Positions 27,350-35,797 of a stretch of 64,000 bases of DNA are shown piece by piece. The notes under the pieces are model-generated. The model saw only the letters and a program-made list of their open reading frames with translations, was not told the origin of the DNA and did no database searches. Position 1 is the stretch's first letter. The number at the start of each line of letters is the position of its first letter. The DNA is from Candidatus Acidiferrales bacterium. Its GTDB lineage: Bacteria; Patescibacteriota; Microgenomatia; Levybacterales; UBA12049. The DNA lies in the NCBI GenBank assembly GCA_035533875.1, contig DATLSZ010000020.1, positions 14,146 to 78,145 on the forward strand, in the 5' to 3' direction. A program made the position numbers and the translations under genes.

Positions 27350-28678
27350 TTAAAACATATTCCCTTTGGGTATTATTTGTTTTTTTAAAAACTCTTTCGG
27401 ATGATCAGAGGGTCGAAGTAAAAAATATTTTCCATCATTAACCAATACTTCAGATGCCGTCTGCATACTTAAGAAATATGGCATCGCTTCACTCCAACCG
27501 TATGCGCCTGCGACAAAGATACCCATCAGATCTCCCCTCTGTGTTGATTTGGGTAATAAAACATCTTTACCCAAGATATCTATCGGCGTACACAAAGCAC
27601 CGCCGACAGTCATCTTCACGTCGTGTGCAGCATTTATTTTCGATATGTTATAAACAGGATGCGATCCATTCACAATACTCGGTCGCAAGAAATGATGAAT
27701 ACCTCCGTCAACAAGCACCATTTTTTCTCCATGAGAAACTTTTACATTGTCAACTTGTGAGATATAAATACCACTCTGCGCGACAAAATATCTCCCCGGC
27801 TCGACAGATAATGCAACGTTGTTATTTTTGATAAAGGGAAATTGTGCCAGTATCTCACCAAGATATTTTGCAATCTTATCAAGCTGCAGCGGTTCATCAT
27901 TTTCCGTATATGGGACAGCCAACCCGCCGCCAAAATCTATCGAGCGGATAGGAAAATAAGTATTGAGCTTTTGTGCAACTCGGCAGATATTTTTTATGTT
28001 CTCTAAAAAACCTTTTGTATTCAGCATATTTGCAGAATAGACATGTATTCCAAACAATTCCAGATGCGGAAGTTTCTGAATCTTTGTAATAAACGACCTG
28101 GTAATCTGTTCTTCATCGATTCCAAATTTTGATGCATCCCCTGCCATTACTTGATGCGCTGCATTTTCCACTGACCTGTTAATATTGACCCTGAGAGCAA
28201 CACGCTGTTTCATATTTTTTCTTTTGGCGATAGTATTAATTCTTTGTAATTCGTCTTCACTCTCTGCGTTGATGATATGAACTCCATAATCCAATGCATA
28301 CTCCAATGCTTCATCATTTTTTACCGGACCGGCAAATGAAATTCTTTTTGGATCTGCTCCAATTTTTTTAGCAATAACTAATTCTCCCAACGAAGCAACA
28401 TCCAAATCCGCACCGAGTTTGTATAATCCATCGACTAAAGCAAGTGCCGGATTTGGTTTGATCGCGTAATAAATCGAAATGCCAAGAGGTTTGAAAACTT
28501 GTTGTAAACTTATAAACTGTGCTCTAATTGTCGCTGCATCATAAACATAAAACGGCGGAGGAATATGCGCGGCGATTTTTTCGATTGAAACACCGCTCAT
28601 AGCGAATGTACTTTTTTCACCTTTTTTAATGACAGAAAAACTCGGACTGATCCAGCTTGCGTTATTTTTTAGCGCCAT
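27350..28678 (-). CDS. lysA: Diaminopimelate decarboxylase
   Basis: PFYVYD, YAIKPN (PLP lysine region) and GGGL are motifs of fold-type III decarboxylases. Confidence 0.88.
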   Translation of the reverse strand: MALKNNASWISPSFSVIKKGEKSTFAMSGVSIEKIAAHIPPPFYVYDAATIRAQFISLQQVFKPLGISIYYAIKPNPALALVDGLYKLGADLDVASLGELVIAKKIGADPKRISFAGPVKNDEALEYALDYGVHIINAESEDELQRINTIAKRKNMKQRVALRVNINRSVENAAHQVMAGDASKFGIDEEQITRSFITKIQKLPHLELFGIHVYSANMLNTKGFLENIKNICRVAQKLNTYFPIRSIDFGGGLAVPYTENDEPLQLDKIAKYLGEILAQFPFIKNNNVALSVEPGRYFVAQSGIYISQVDNVKVSHGEKMVLVDGGIHHFLRPSIVNGSHPVYNISKINAAHDVKMTVGGALCTPIDILGKDVLLPKSTQRGDLMGIFVAGAYGWSEAMPYFLSMQTASEVLVNDGKYFLLRPSDHPKEFLKKQIIPKGNMF

Positions 28679-29850
28679 GATGCAAATACTCCTTTCATTC
28701 GTTGTAATCCTTCTCTGATTTCTTCTTCCGATGCAGCATATGATAGACGGATGAAATTTTTTCCAGCTCTGCCAAAAGCGATTCCCGGAATAGTCACAAC
28801 GTTGACTGTTTCAATCAATTTTTTGGCAACAGTCATCCCGTCACCAAAGGCAGACACATCGACAAAATAATAAAATGCGCCGTGTGATACATGAAAATGC
28901 AGTCCGGAAATCTCCTGCAATAGTGAACCCATTAATTTTCTCCGTTTATCAAGGTGTTTATGATACAAGGCAAGTTCCTTGTCACATTCCCGTTTTAATA
29001 CAGGTAGTGCTGCATATTGCGAATCTATTGGCGCGCAGACATACGTTGCCTGCTGAGATTTCAAAGCGTCTGTGATAAAGAAATCAGGCCCGATAATCCA
29101 TCCAATCCGTTTGCCTGCCTGGCTCGCTTGTTTGGACAACCCATTCACCACAATCGTCCGTTCACTGAGTGATGAGATAGAATGATGCGTTGCTCCTTCA
29201 AAAAGACATGTTGCGTAAATTTCATCTGACAGGAAAAAGAGTGATAGATGATCAATTGTTCTTTTTACAATCTTCATCAATGCAGAAAGCGATACTACCT
29301 GTCCAGTTGGATTGGAAGGAGAATTGATCACAATGAGTTTGGTCCGGGCTGTTATTTTACTGAGAAGATCATCAACATCGATATCAAAATCTTCCATTAA
29401 TGCGTATTCTATGACATGCGCGCCCCATTTTTCCGGTAGTGTTTTATACAAGGGATACTGCAAAGCAGGAATGAGTACCTCATCACCTGGATTAAGCATC
29501 GTCTCAAAAGCGATATACAAACCGCCGGTCGAACCGGAAGTAATAATCACATTGTCCCGTGTTGTCTGGATATCAAACTGCTGTGAAAAACGATCGGCTA
29601 TTGCATCTCGAAGTTCCACAAGACCTGCATTTGGCGTATAATTTGTTTTCCCTTCATTGATGGCTTTTTGATTGGCAGCTCTGGCTTTTTTAGGCATTGG
29701 GAATTGTAACTCACCCAAACCCAAACTAACACGTGAGTATTCTCCTGTATGCTGGGTTTCTATAATTGACCGGATCAGAGACAATTCTGTTTGCGCGATA
29801 CGTTTGTTTGGGACATAATAATTTGTCAAATTTATAAGCTGTGTATTCAT
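28669..29850 (-). CDS. Class I/II PLP aminotransferase, probably the acyl-DAP aminotransferase step
   Basis: NYTPNAGL, LSDEIY and GLSKQASQAGKRIGW motifs. It lies between dapD and lysA. The substrate assignment is inferred from context only. Confidence 0.75.
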   Translation of the reverse strand: MNTQLINLTNYYVPNKRIAQTELSLIRSIIETQHTGEYSRVSLGLGELQFPMPKKARAANQKAINEGKTNYTPNAGLVELRDAIADRFSQQFDIQTTRDNVIITSGSTGGLYIAFETMLNPGDEVLIPALQYPLYKTLPEKWGAHVIEYALMEDFDIDVDDLLSKITARTKLIVINSPSNPTGQVVSLSALMKIVKRTIDHLSLFFLSDEIYATCLFEGATHHSISSLSERTIVVNGLSKQASQAGKRIGWIIGPDFFITDALKSQQATYVCAPIDSQYAALPVLKRECDKELALYHKHLDKRRKLMGSLLQEISGLHFHVSHGAFYYFVDVSAFGDGMTVAKKLIETVNVVTIPGIAFGRAGKNFIRLSYAASEEEIREGLQRMKGVFASWR

Positions 29851-30734
29851 CGTAATGCCTCCTCAAGAAGTGTTTTGAGATCAGTTCTTTTATCACGATA
29901 TTTAATGATAACCGGAACTTGTATCTGAATCCATTGTTCTAGTGCAAATTTATTATCATCTTTTGGACGTGTTCCGTTCACTACAATAGCTCCTTCCGGT
30001 ATTTCAAGTGGAGTAGCATCAGTCGCTTTATAGACTTTCTGTTTTATCAGATCATACACCGGCGTTGCCGATGTGATATTGACACCGGGGACAAGCAAAA
30101 CCCGTTTGCGAAGGATAACCCCTTCTGCGATGGAAGAATTAATACCCATGAGAACATCATCTTCAACAATACACGGACTCGCATTGACCGGCTCAAGGAC
30201 GCCGCCGATTTGCGCGCCGGCTGAGATATGACACCTATTACCAACCTGTGCACAGCTCCCAACTAATGAATGCGAGTCAAGCATTGTTCCTTCTCCGACA
30301 TATGCGCCGGTATTGATATATGCAGGAGGCATCATGATGACTCCTTTTCCGATAAAAGACCCATCCCTGATACTTGATCCACCAGGGACTATCCGAATAT
30401 TTTCAATTGTAAAATCAGTTGACCGTAATGGAAAAGTATCTTTATCGGCAAACTGAAGTGTCTCGGTTTTACCGGACATTCCGGTAATGACACCAAACCG
30501 CATACAGACCAAAATCCCTTCTTTCACCCAGGTATTCGTTATCCAAACACCCTTTGTATCTTTTTCGGCAGAGCGGATCGCACCGCTATTCAATGCGGAA
30601 ATAAACTGTTGTATGATGTCTCTTGCATTCACTGTTTTCCGTAATTTCGTAACGGATGAAATTTGGGCAAGCGTTATGATTTCTTTTTGTAATTGATTTT
30701 TAGACAAACTTTTTTTCATATTTATTGCTGGCAC
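29847..30734 (-). CDS. dapD: Tetrahydrodipicolinate N-acyl(succinyl)transferase
   Basis: Left-handed beta-helix hexapeptide region ...GAQIGGVLEPVNASPCIVEDDVLMGINSSIAEGV..., within the DAP gene context. Confidence 0.8.
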   Translation of the reverse strand: MPAINMKKSLSKNQLQKEIITLAQISSVTKLRKTVNARDIIQQFISALNSGAIRSAEKDTKGVWITNTWVKEGILVCMRFGVITGMSGKTETLQFADKDTFPLRSTDFTIENIRIVPGGSSIRDGSFIGKGVIMMPPAYINTGAYVGEGTMLDSHSLVGSCAQVGNRCHISAGAQIGGVLEPVNASPCIVEDDVLMGINSSIAEGVILRKRVLLVPGVNITSATPVYDLIKQKVYKATDATPLEIPEGAIVVNGTRPKDDNKFALEQWIQIQVPVIIKYRDKRTDLKTLLEEALR

Positions 30735-31780
30735 ACTAATTGAAATAGTGTTACTAATTTTTCCATATCAGCAAGTGCGATTGATTCATCACGTGTATGA
30801 GTATTTCGTGCACCGTCTCCGATATTAATTACTTGCAGTCCTTTTGTGTTAAAAATATTTGCATCCGATACGCTCCAGCTTTTTACCAACGTTGGTTGTA
30901 TATCCTGCTGCTGAAATACGTAAGAGATCTGTTGCACATATTGATCTTGTTTCTCAAAAAGATATGTCGGATTATCAACAGAATAATCAATATCCAACTG
31001 AACTGCGAATTTTCTTGCAGCAGTTTTAACTTTTTCAAAAAATAATTCCAGCTGTTTCTGCAGAACATTTTCATCAAAACTTCGTATCTCACCTCGGAGT
31101 GTTGCCGTTCCGGGGACTGCATTACGGACACTCCCGGCAGTAACGGTCCCGATATTTAAGATTGTTTGCTCATCAAGTTTGCCTGTGGTAACTTCCGAAA
31201 ATATGCTGCCAAGAACCGGGATGACGTTTGTCGCTTTTTCAGGAAATGCAGCATGTCCGCTTTTTCCGGTTATTACAATATCAAAACGCGCATATGCGGG
31301 AGAACCAATAACGATAGTGCCAACTGGAAGCGCGATATCAGCAACTAACCCTCTTTTTGCTGTTACTTTTGTGTAATCAAATGTTGCTGCACCCGGATCG
31401 GTTGACTCTTCACCGACAGTAAAGAGAATTTCAAGCGGTCTGTGTTTTTTTTCTTTCAATCGTTCAATAACTTCAAGAAGAACAGCAAGCGTAGATTTAT
31501 TATCAGCACCTAAAACTGTATCTCCATAAGCGGTAATGATGTCGTCTTTTACGACTGGAATAATATTTCGTCCCGGCTCAACCGTATCCATATGCGATGC
31601 AAGAAAAACCGGTTCACCAAAGCCATAAATTTTTGCAAAAACATTTCCGGTGTGATCTCTCTCAACAATGATATTTCGCTGCGTAAAATGATCAATAAGA
31701 AAATCCGCCACTGCCTGCTCATGTCCTGTCGGACTATCAATCGATACCAATTTTTTAAATGTAGTAAGTAATCTACTCAT
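30722..31780 (-). CDS. M20-family metallopeptidase, probably N-acyl-diaminopimelate deacylase (DapE-like)
   Basis: HMDTVEPG motif and the M20 layout. It is the first gene of the operon. I chose the ATG at 31780 (MSRLLTTFKKL) because the TTG-initiated extension to 31831 in the ORF track runs through the terminator hairpin. Confidence 0.75.
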   Translation of the reverse strand: MSRLLTTFKKLVSIDSPTGHEQAVADFLIDHFTQRNIIVERDHTGNVFAKIYGFGEPVFLASHMDTVEPGRNIIPVVKDDIITAYGDTVLGADNKSTLAVLLEVIERLKEKKHRPLEILFTVGEESTDPGAATFDYTKVTAKRGLVADIALPVGTIVIGSPAYARFDIVITGKSGHAAFPEKATNVIPVLGSIFSEVTTGKLDEQTILNIGTVTAGSVRNAVPGTATLRGEIRSFDENVLQKQLELFFEKVKTAARKFAVQLDIDYSVDNPTYLFEKQDQYVQQISYVFQQQDIQPTLVKSWSVSDANIFNTKGLQVINIGDGARNTHTRDESIALADMEKLVTLFQLVCQQ

Positions 31781-31793
31781 ATTTTTTCCCAAT

Positions 31794-31815
31794 AAAAAAC
31801 CCCTCGGGTGAGGGG
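31794..31815 (-). terminator. Intrinsic terminator / attenuator hairpin 14 nt upstream of the first DAP operon gene
   Basis: The minus strand reads CCCCTC-ACCC-GAGGGG-TTTTTT. It can also serve as the murB terminator. Confidence 0.7.
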
Positions 31816-31845
31816 TACTCTTTTTTAACAACGCAAAGAGATCCC

Positions 31846-31896
31846 TCAGAAGAGAGGCTTCTTTGCCTTCATTGTGTTAACAAAAATAAATTTCAT
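31846..31896 (-). CDS. Candidate 16-codon Lys-rich leader peptide (MKFIFVNTMKAKKPLF)
   Basis: ATG AAA TTT ATT TTT GTT AAC ACA ATG AAG GCA AAG AAG CCT CTC TTC TGA. There are 4 Lys codons, 3 of them within 4 consecutive codons. The Lys codons and the stop codon are embedded in the alternative pairing segments. Confidence 0.45.
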   Translation of the reverse strand: MKFIFVNTMKAKKPLF

Positions 31897-31908
31897 AATG
31901 ATTTGTTC

Positions 31909-31937
31909 ATTATAACTGAACTATGTGACGATTTCAA
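31909..31937 (-). promoter_or_regulatory. Sigma70-type promoter for the leader and DAP/lysine operon
   Basis: Minus strand: TTGAAA (31937..31932), 17 nt, TATAAT (31914..31909). It straddles the murB stop codon. Confidence 0.65.
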
Positions 31938-32883
31938 CCTCCACTTCAGGCGTGAAAGTGAAGGTCTCCTCGACCATTTCCTGGATGCGTTTGATAATTG
32001 TTAATACATCCTGCGATGTCGCGCCGCCTAAATTGTTAATGAAGTTGGTATGTTTTTCGGAAACACGTGCTTTTCCGATCGTATACCCGCTGAAACCAAG
32101 CCTGTTGATGATATATCCCATTGACACTTTGCCATGCCATTTTTCTTTTACCAAACTCCTAATATCCGGCCAGATGTCTACAACTTTTGCAACATCGTCA
32201 GATTTTTTAATGTTTTTGAATACCGACCCGCAGTTGGGATACTCCAGTGGATGATGTGTTTTGCGATAGTCGATATTGCCGGCATAGACACTCCTCGCTT
32301 TGACAAGCTCCTGCGTATCAGCAGGAGCTAGTTGAAATTGTGCTGCTGTGACTATCATATTCTTGTGTTCTTTCACGACACTGTGCCGGTAGGAAAAATG
32401 AAAATCTTCATTTTTCATCTCAAGGACATCAATATTTTTATCGTCAAACTCCAGCACTTCCGCTTGTACCAAACTGTCTTTTATCTCACCGCCGAATGCA
32501 CCGACATTCCCCCTTATCCCCGCGCCGACCGTCCCGGGCAATCCGCCGGCCCATTCAAGACCATGGAGTTTATGATTGAGTGATAATTGGATAAGCGTAT
32601 CAAGGGGCTCACCGGCAAAGGCCGTTGCTAACGTATCGGAAAAGCTGATCTGTGGCTTGGTACCGGAGCCAATTTGTATGACAACGCCGTCAAAAAAGTC
32701 ATCGGTGAAAATAAGATTAGATCCCTGACCGCAGACAAAAATCCGCTTGGGATGATGCTCTTCAACAAAATCAAGCGCTTTGAAAATATCTTTCCTGCCG
32801 GTGCAATGCAAAAAATATTGTGCCTTCCCTCCAATCCGGAACCATAATACCTGGGATAAATCAAAATCCTTATGAATTTGCAT
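31921..32883 (-). CDS. murB: UDP-N-acetylenolpyruvoylglucosamine reductase
   Basis: 320 aa. FRIGGKAQYF and an FAD-binding PCMH-type N-terminal domain with the MurB C-terminal domain. Confidence 0.88.
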   Translation of the reverse strand: MQIHKDFDLSQVLWFRIGGKAQYFLHCTGRKDIFKALDFVEEHHPKRIFVCGQGSNLIFTDDFFDGVVIQIGSGTKPQISFSDTLATAFAGEPLDTLIQLSLNHKLHGLEWAGGLPGTVGAGIRGNVGAFGGEIKDSLVQAEVLEFDDKNIDVLEMKNEDFHFSYRHSVVKEHKNMIVTAAQFQLAPADTQELVKARSVYAGNIDYRKTHHPLEYPNCGSVFKNIKKSDDVAKVVDIWPDIRSLVKEKWHGKVSMGYIINRLGFSGYTIGKARVSEKHTNFINNLGGATSQDVLTIIKRIQEMVEETFTFTPEVEVEIVT

Positions 32884-32998
32884 GGATGAAGTTTATTGTA
32901 AAGAATTTTGCAAAAAGAAGCAAACACGTAATAAATAACTGAAGACTTCTTTTCTCCATTGTTATCGTACTATGTTAAAGTTATAATTACACTGTATT

Positions 32999-33520
32999 AT
33001 GACCAAACAAGAAATTAGTGAGTTGGGGGAACAAATAGCTCAAAAATATAACCCACAGGGACTTTCTCCTTTTCCTTTTGAAAAAATTCAAGAAGCAAAT
33101 AACGATTTAAAAATTTATATAGCTACACTGGATGACCAAATTTCAGGAGCAATTGGTTTTAATGAAAATGTGTTTAATATATTTATCAATAACAACAAAC
33201 CCAAAACAAGGCAACATTTTACAACAGCTCATGAAGTAGGTCATTATTTTTTACATAAGGATATTATAAAAAAACAACAGGTACTTGTTGATAGTGACCA
33301 ATATCTTGATGGTAACAGCTTTTTATATAGACTTGATTCAGCAGAACCAACACAAATAGAAACAGAGGCAAATAATTTTGCTGCATCACTGATAATGCCT
33401 GAAGGTTTAGTAAGAAAAGCATGGGAATCAATAAAAAATATTGAAGAATGCGCCAAAATATTCAATGTATCCACGAGTGCTATGAGTGTACGATTAGAAA
33501 GATTAACATTAATCACGTAG
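32999..33520 (+). CDS. ImmA/IrrE-family (COG2856-like) zinc metallopeptidase domain protein
   Basis: 173 aa. TTAHEVGHYFLH supplies HExxH, and a downstream EANNFAASLIMPEG is typical of the family. There is no fused or adjacent HTH protein. Confidence 0.7.
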   Translation: MTKQEISELGEQIAQKYNPQGLSPFPFEKIQEANNDLKIYIATLDDQISGAIGFNENVFNIFINNNKPKTRQHFTTAHEVGHYFLHKDIIKKQQVLVDSDQYLDGNSFLYRLDSAEPTQIETEANNFAASLIMPEGLVRKAWESIKNIEECAKIFNVSTSAMSVRLERLTLIT

Positions 33521-33529
33521 CGGATTTAT

Positions 33530-33952
33530 ATGACAACTCGAGGCAGGAAAAAACGCAGCAAACTAAATAAAAAAGCTGCTACTTATGAAGAGCTTAAAGG
33601 AGAAATCCAAAAGCTTCTTACTTCTCAAGATCTTGGTGCACTCCCTAGCTATTCAACTTTTCAAACCAAACAGCTTGATATAAATGATGAGATTGCTAGA
33701 AGAGAGAATATTAAAAACAAAGATCTCGAACAAGATATCAGGCTTAAAAAAATGACACTGATTATTTTGTTTATTTTTCTTGGAGTTGAAACTACGATTA
33801 TTTTCGCTTTTTCTTTATTACAAGCAACTTCTCTTTTCGGATTTAAATTAGAAGAATGGAGTTTCAAACTATTAGTTACTGCAACATTGATACAAATTGC
33901 GTTTATGCTTCAAGTTGCAGTAAAATACCTTTTTCGAGACAAAAAAACATAG
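33530..33952 (+). CDS. Hypothetical protein with a basic N-terminus, a coiled-coil-like middle and two C-terminal TM helices
   Basis: 140 aa. MTTRGRKKRSKLNKK..., then LIILFIFLGVETTIIFAFSLL and LLVTATLIQIAFMLQVAV. It starts 9 nt downstream of the ImmA-like gene. Confidence 0.55.
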   Translation: MTTRGRKKRSKLNKKAATYEELKGEIQKLLTSQDLGALPSYSTFQTKQLDINDEIARRENIKNKDLEQDIRLKKMTLIILFIFLGVETTIIFAFSLLQATSLFGFKLEEWSFKLLVTATLIQIAFMLQVAVKYLFRDKKT

Positions 33953-33966
33953 AGGTTATGCAGCAG

Positions 33967-35721
33967 TTAATAATCCTCAAGTGTTGAGGTATCACCAATG
34001 GGGAGACCAAGTTCTTTTGCTTTCAGAATTCTCCGCATAATTTTGCCCGAGCGGGTCTTGGGTAATTTGTCGATAAACTCGATTTCTCGCGGATACGCGT
34101 GACCTGCCAGATGCTTTTTAACATGCTGCTGGAGTTTTTCTTTCAGCTCATCTGTCTGTTTGACTCCTGGTTTCACCACAACAAATGCTTTTATGATTTC
34201 TCCTCTGACCATATCCGGCTTACCGATAACACCGGCTTCAATAACATCCGGATATTCCACAAGCGCGCTTTCAACTTCGAAAGGTCCGACACGTTCACCG
34301 GAGGTATTGATAACATCATCAGCCCGACCGATGAACCAATAATACCCGTCTTTATCCCGCATTGCCCGGTCACCCGAGATGTACCATTTGCCGATAAAGT
34401 AGGAAGTAAACTTCTCTTCATTCTTCCAAATTGTCTTCATCAGTGATGAAACCGATGATGCAAGCAGTGCCAAATTCCCCTCGTGCTCATCTCCCAATTC
34501 GCGTCCTTTATCATCGACAATCGCCGCGACAATACCAGGCAACGGCTTGCCCATAGAACCTGGTTTGATATCCATCACGGCATAATTGGGAATGGTGATA
34601 GCACCTTGTTCTGTCTGCCACCATGTATCATGGAAGGGTAACCCAAACTTCTCAAGTGCCCACCAAATTGCTTCAGGATTCAGCGGTTCACCGACACTTG
34701 CTAGGAACCGCAGATGAGACAGATCATATTCTTTTGGTGCAATAGGTGACCCCATGAGAAGACGAATCGCAGTCGGCGCGGAATACCAGACCGTTACTTT
34801 GTAATCCTGAAGAATTGTATACCAGTTCTCCGGACTGAATCGTCCTTCAAACAAGACTTGTGTTATCCCGAGCCCCCATGGTCCAAGTGCAGCGTAAACA
34901 ACTCCGGTAACCCAGCCAAGATCCGCAGTACACCAATAGATATCATCATCATGCAAGTCCAATACATATTTTGTTGTCACCATGGCCTGCAGGATATCAC
35001 CATGCATATGCATAACACCCTTTGGCTTGCCGGTCGTTCCTGATGTATATAGCATATAGGAATAATCATCCTTCTTCATGTGAGCAATCTTGAACGTGTC
35101 GGATGCTTGCTTCATTTCTTTTTCGTAATAGACAATTCCTTTGCCTTTGGGCTGTTCAATTGATCCGCGTTCGACAATAATTACCTTTTCTAACTTGGGA
35201 AGATCTTTACGGATTGTCTTGATACGGGGATAGAGAACAGCATTGGTAATAACCATATTTGCCTCGCTGTCTGCCAGCCGATCGCGAAGTGCTATCTCCT
35301 GAAAAGCGGCAAACAGGGTCCCGGCAACTGCTCCGACTTTGAGAATCCCCAAAAAAGCAATATATCGCTCGGGAACTCCCGGAAGAAAAATGAACACACG
35401 GTCGCCTTTTTTTACACCTTGAGATGAGAGAACATTGGCAAATTTATCACTCAGAGTTTTTAGCTCACTGAACGTATAGGATTCTTTTTCTCCCCGTACT
35501 CCTTCAAAGAGCAAAGCGGTTTTATTCTTATTTTTTCCGGTAGCATGGCGGTCGATCATGTTGTGGGCGACATTGAGTTTGCCGTCAGAAAAGAATTCAA
35601 CCATTTCTTTTTCGGCTTTTTCCCACGAGAATTCTTTGTAGATTTTATCGTAATCCAAGAGGTTGGGAGGAGGCGTTAATTTCTTTACATTTTTTCTTAT
35701 TAATTTGACCTGATCACTCAT
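33967..35721 (-). CDS. acs: AMP-forming acetyl/acyl-CoA synthetase
   Basis: YTSGTTGKPKGV (AMP-binding motif) and a C-terminal ...LPKTRSGKIMRR. I prefer the ATG at 35721 (MSDQVKL) to the start at 35745. Confidence 0.85.
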   Translation of the reverse strand: MSDQVKLIRKNVKKLTPPPNLLDYDKIYKEFSWEKAEKEMVEFFSDGKLNVAHNMIDRHATGKNKNKTALLFEGVRGEKESYTFSELKTLSDKFANVLSSQGVKKGDRVFIFLPGVPERYIAFLGILKVGAVAGTLFAAFQEIALRDRLADSEANMVITNAVLYPRIKTIRKDLPKLEKVIIVERGSIEQPKGKGIVYYEKEMKQASDTFKIAHMKKDDYSYMLYTSGTTGKPKGVMHMHGDILQAMVTTKYVLDLHDDDIYWCTADLGWVTGVVYAALGPWGLGITQVLFEGRFSPENWYTILQDYKVTVWYSAPTAIRLLMGSPIAPKEYDLSHLRFLASVGEPLNPEAIWWALEKFGLPFHDTWWQTEQGAITIPNYAVMDIKPGSMGKPLPGIVAAIVDDKGRELGDEHEGNLALLASSVSSLMKTIWKNEEKFTSYFIGKWYISGDRAMRDKDGYYWFIGRADDVINTSGERVGPFEVESALVEYPDVIEAGVIGKPDMVRGEIIKAFVVVKPGVKQTDELKEKLQQHVKKHLAGHAYPREIEFIDKLPKTRSGKIMRRILKAKELGLPIGDTSTLEDY

Positions 35722-35773
35722 AACTGAACAAGTAGATCTTACCATTAGAACGCCCAGTTTGCAAGAGAATAGA

Positions 35774-35782
35774 TGCTATAAT
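35774..35782 (+). promoter_or_regulatory. Extended -10 box TGCTATAAT upstream of the HAD hydrolase gene
   Basis: It lies 15 nt before the ATG at 35798, with no Shine-Dalgarno sequence. It sits inside the N-terminal extension proposed by the ORF track. Confidence 0.5.
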
Positions 35783-35797
35783 TGTAAGCATAAACCT

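Noticed and set aside
31781-31831. The TTG-initiated N-terminal extension (MLKKSTPHPRGFLLGKN) of the first DAP operon gene in the ORF track.
   Set aside because: The extension is encoded by the terminator hairpin and T run itself. An ATG at 31780 gives a normal M20 N-terminus.
31781-31920. A lysine (L-box) riboswitch or T-box leader upstream of the DAP/lysRS operon.
   Set aside because: The leader is only about 120 nt. It lacks the conserved L-box core segments and the T-box sequence or specifier architecture that I know. A leader-peptide attenuator fits better.
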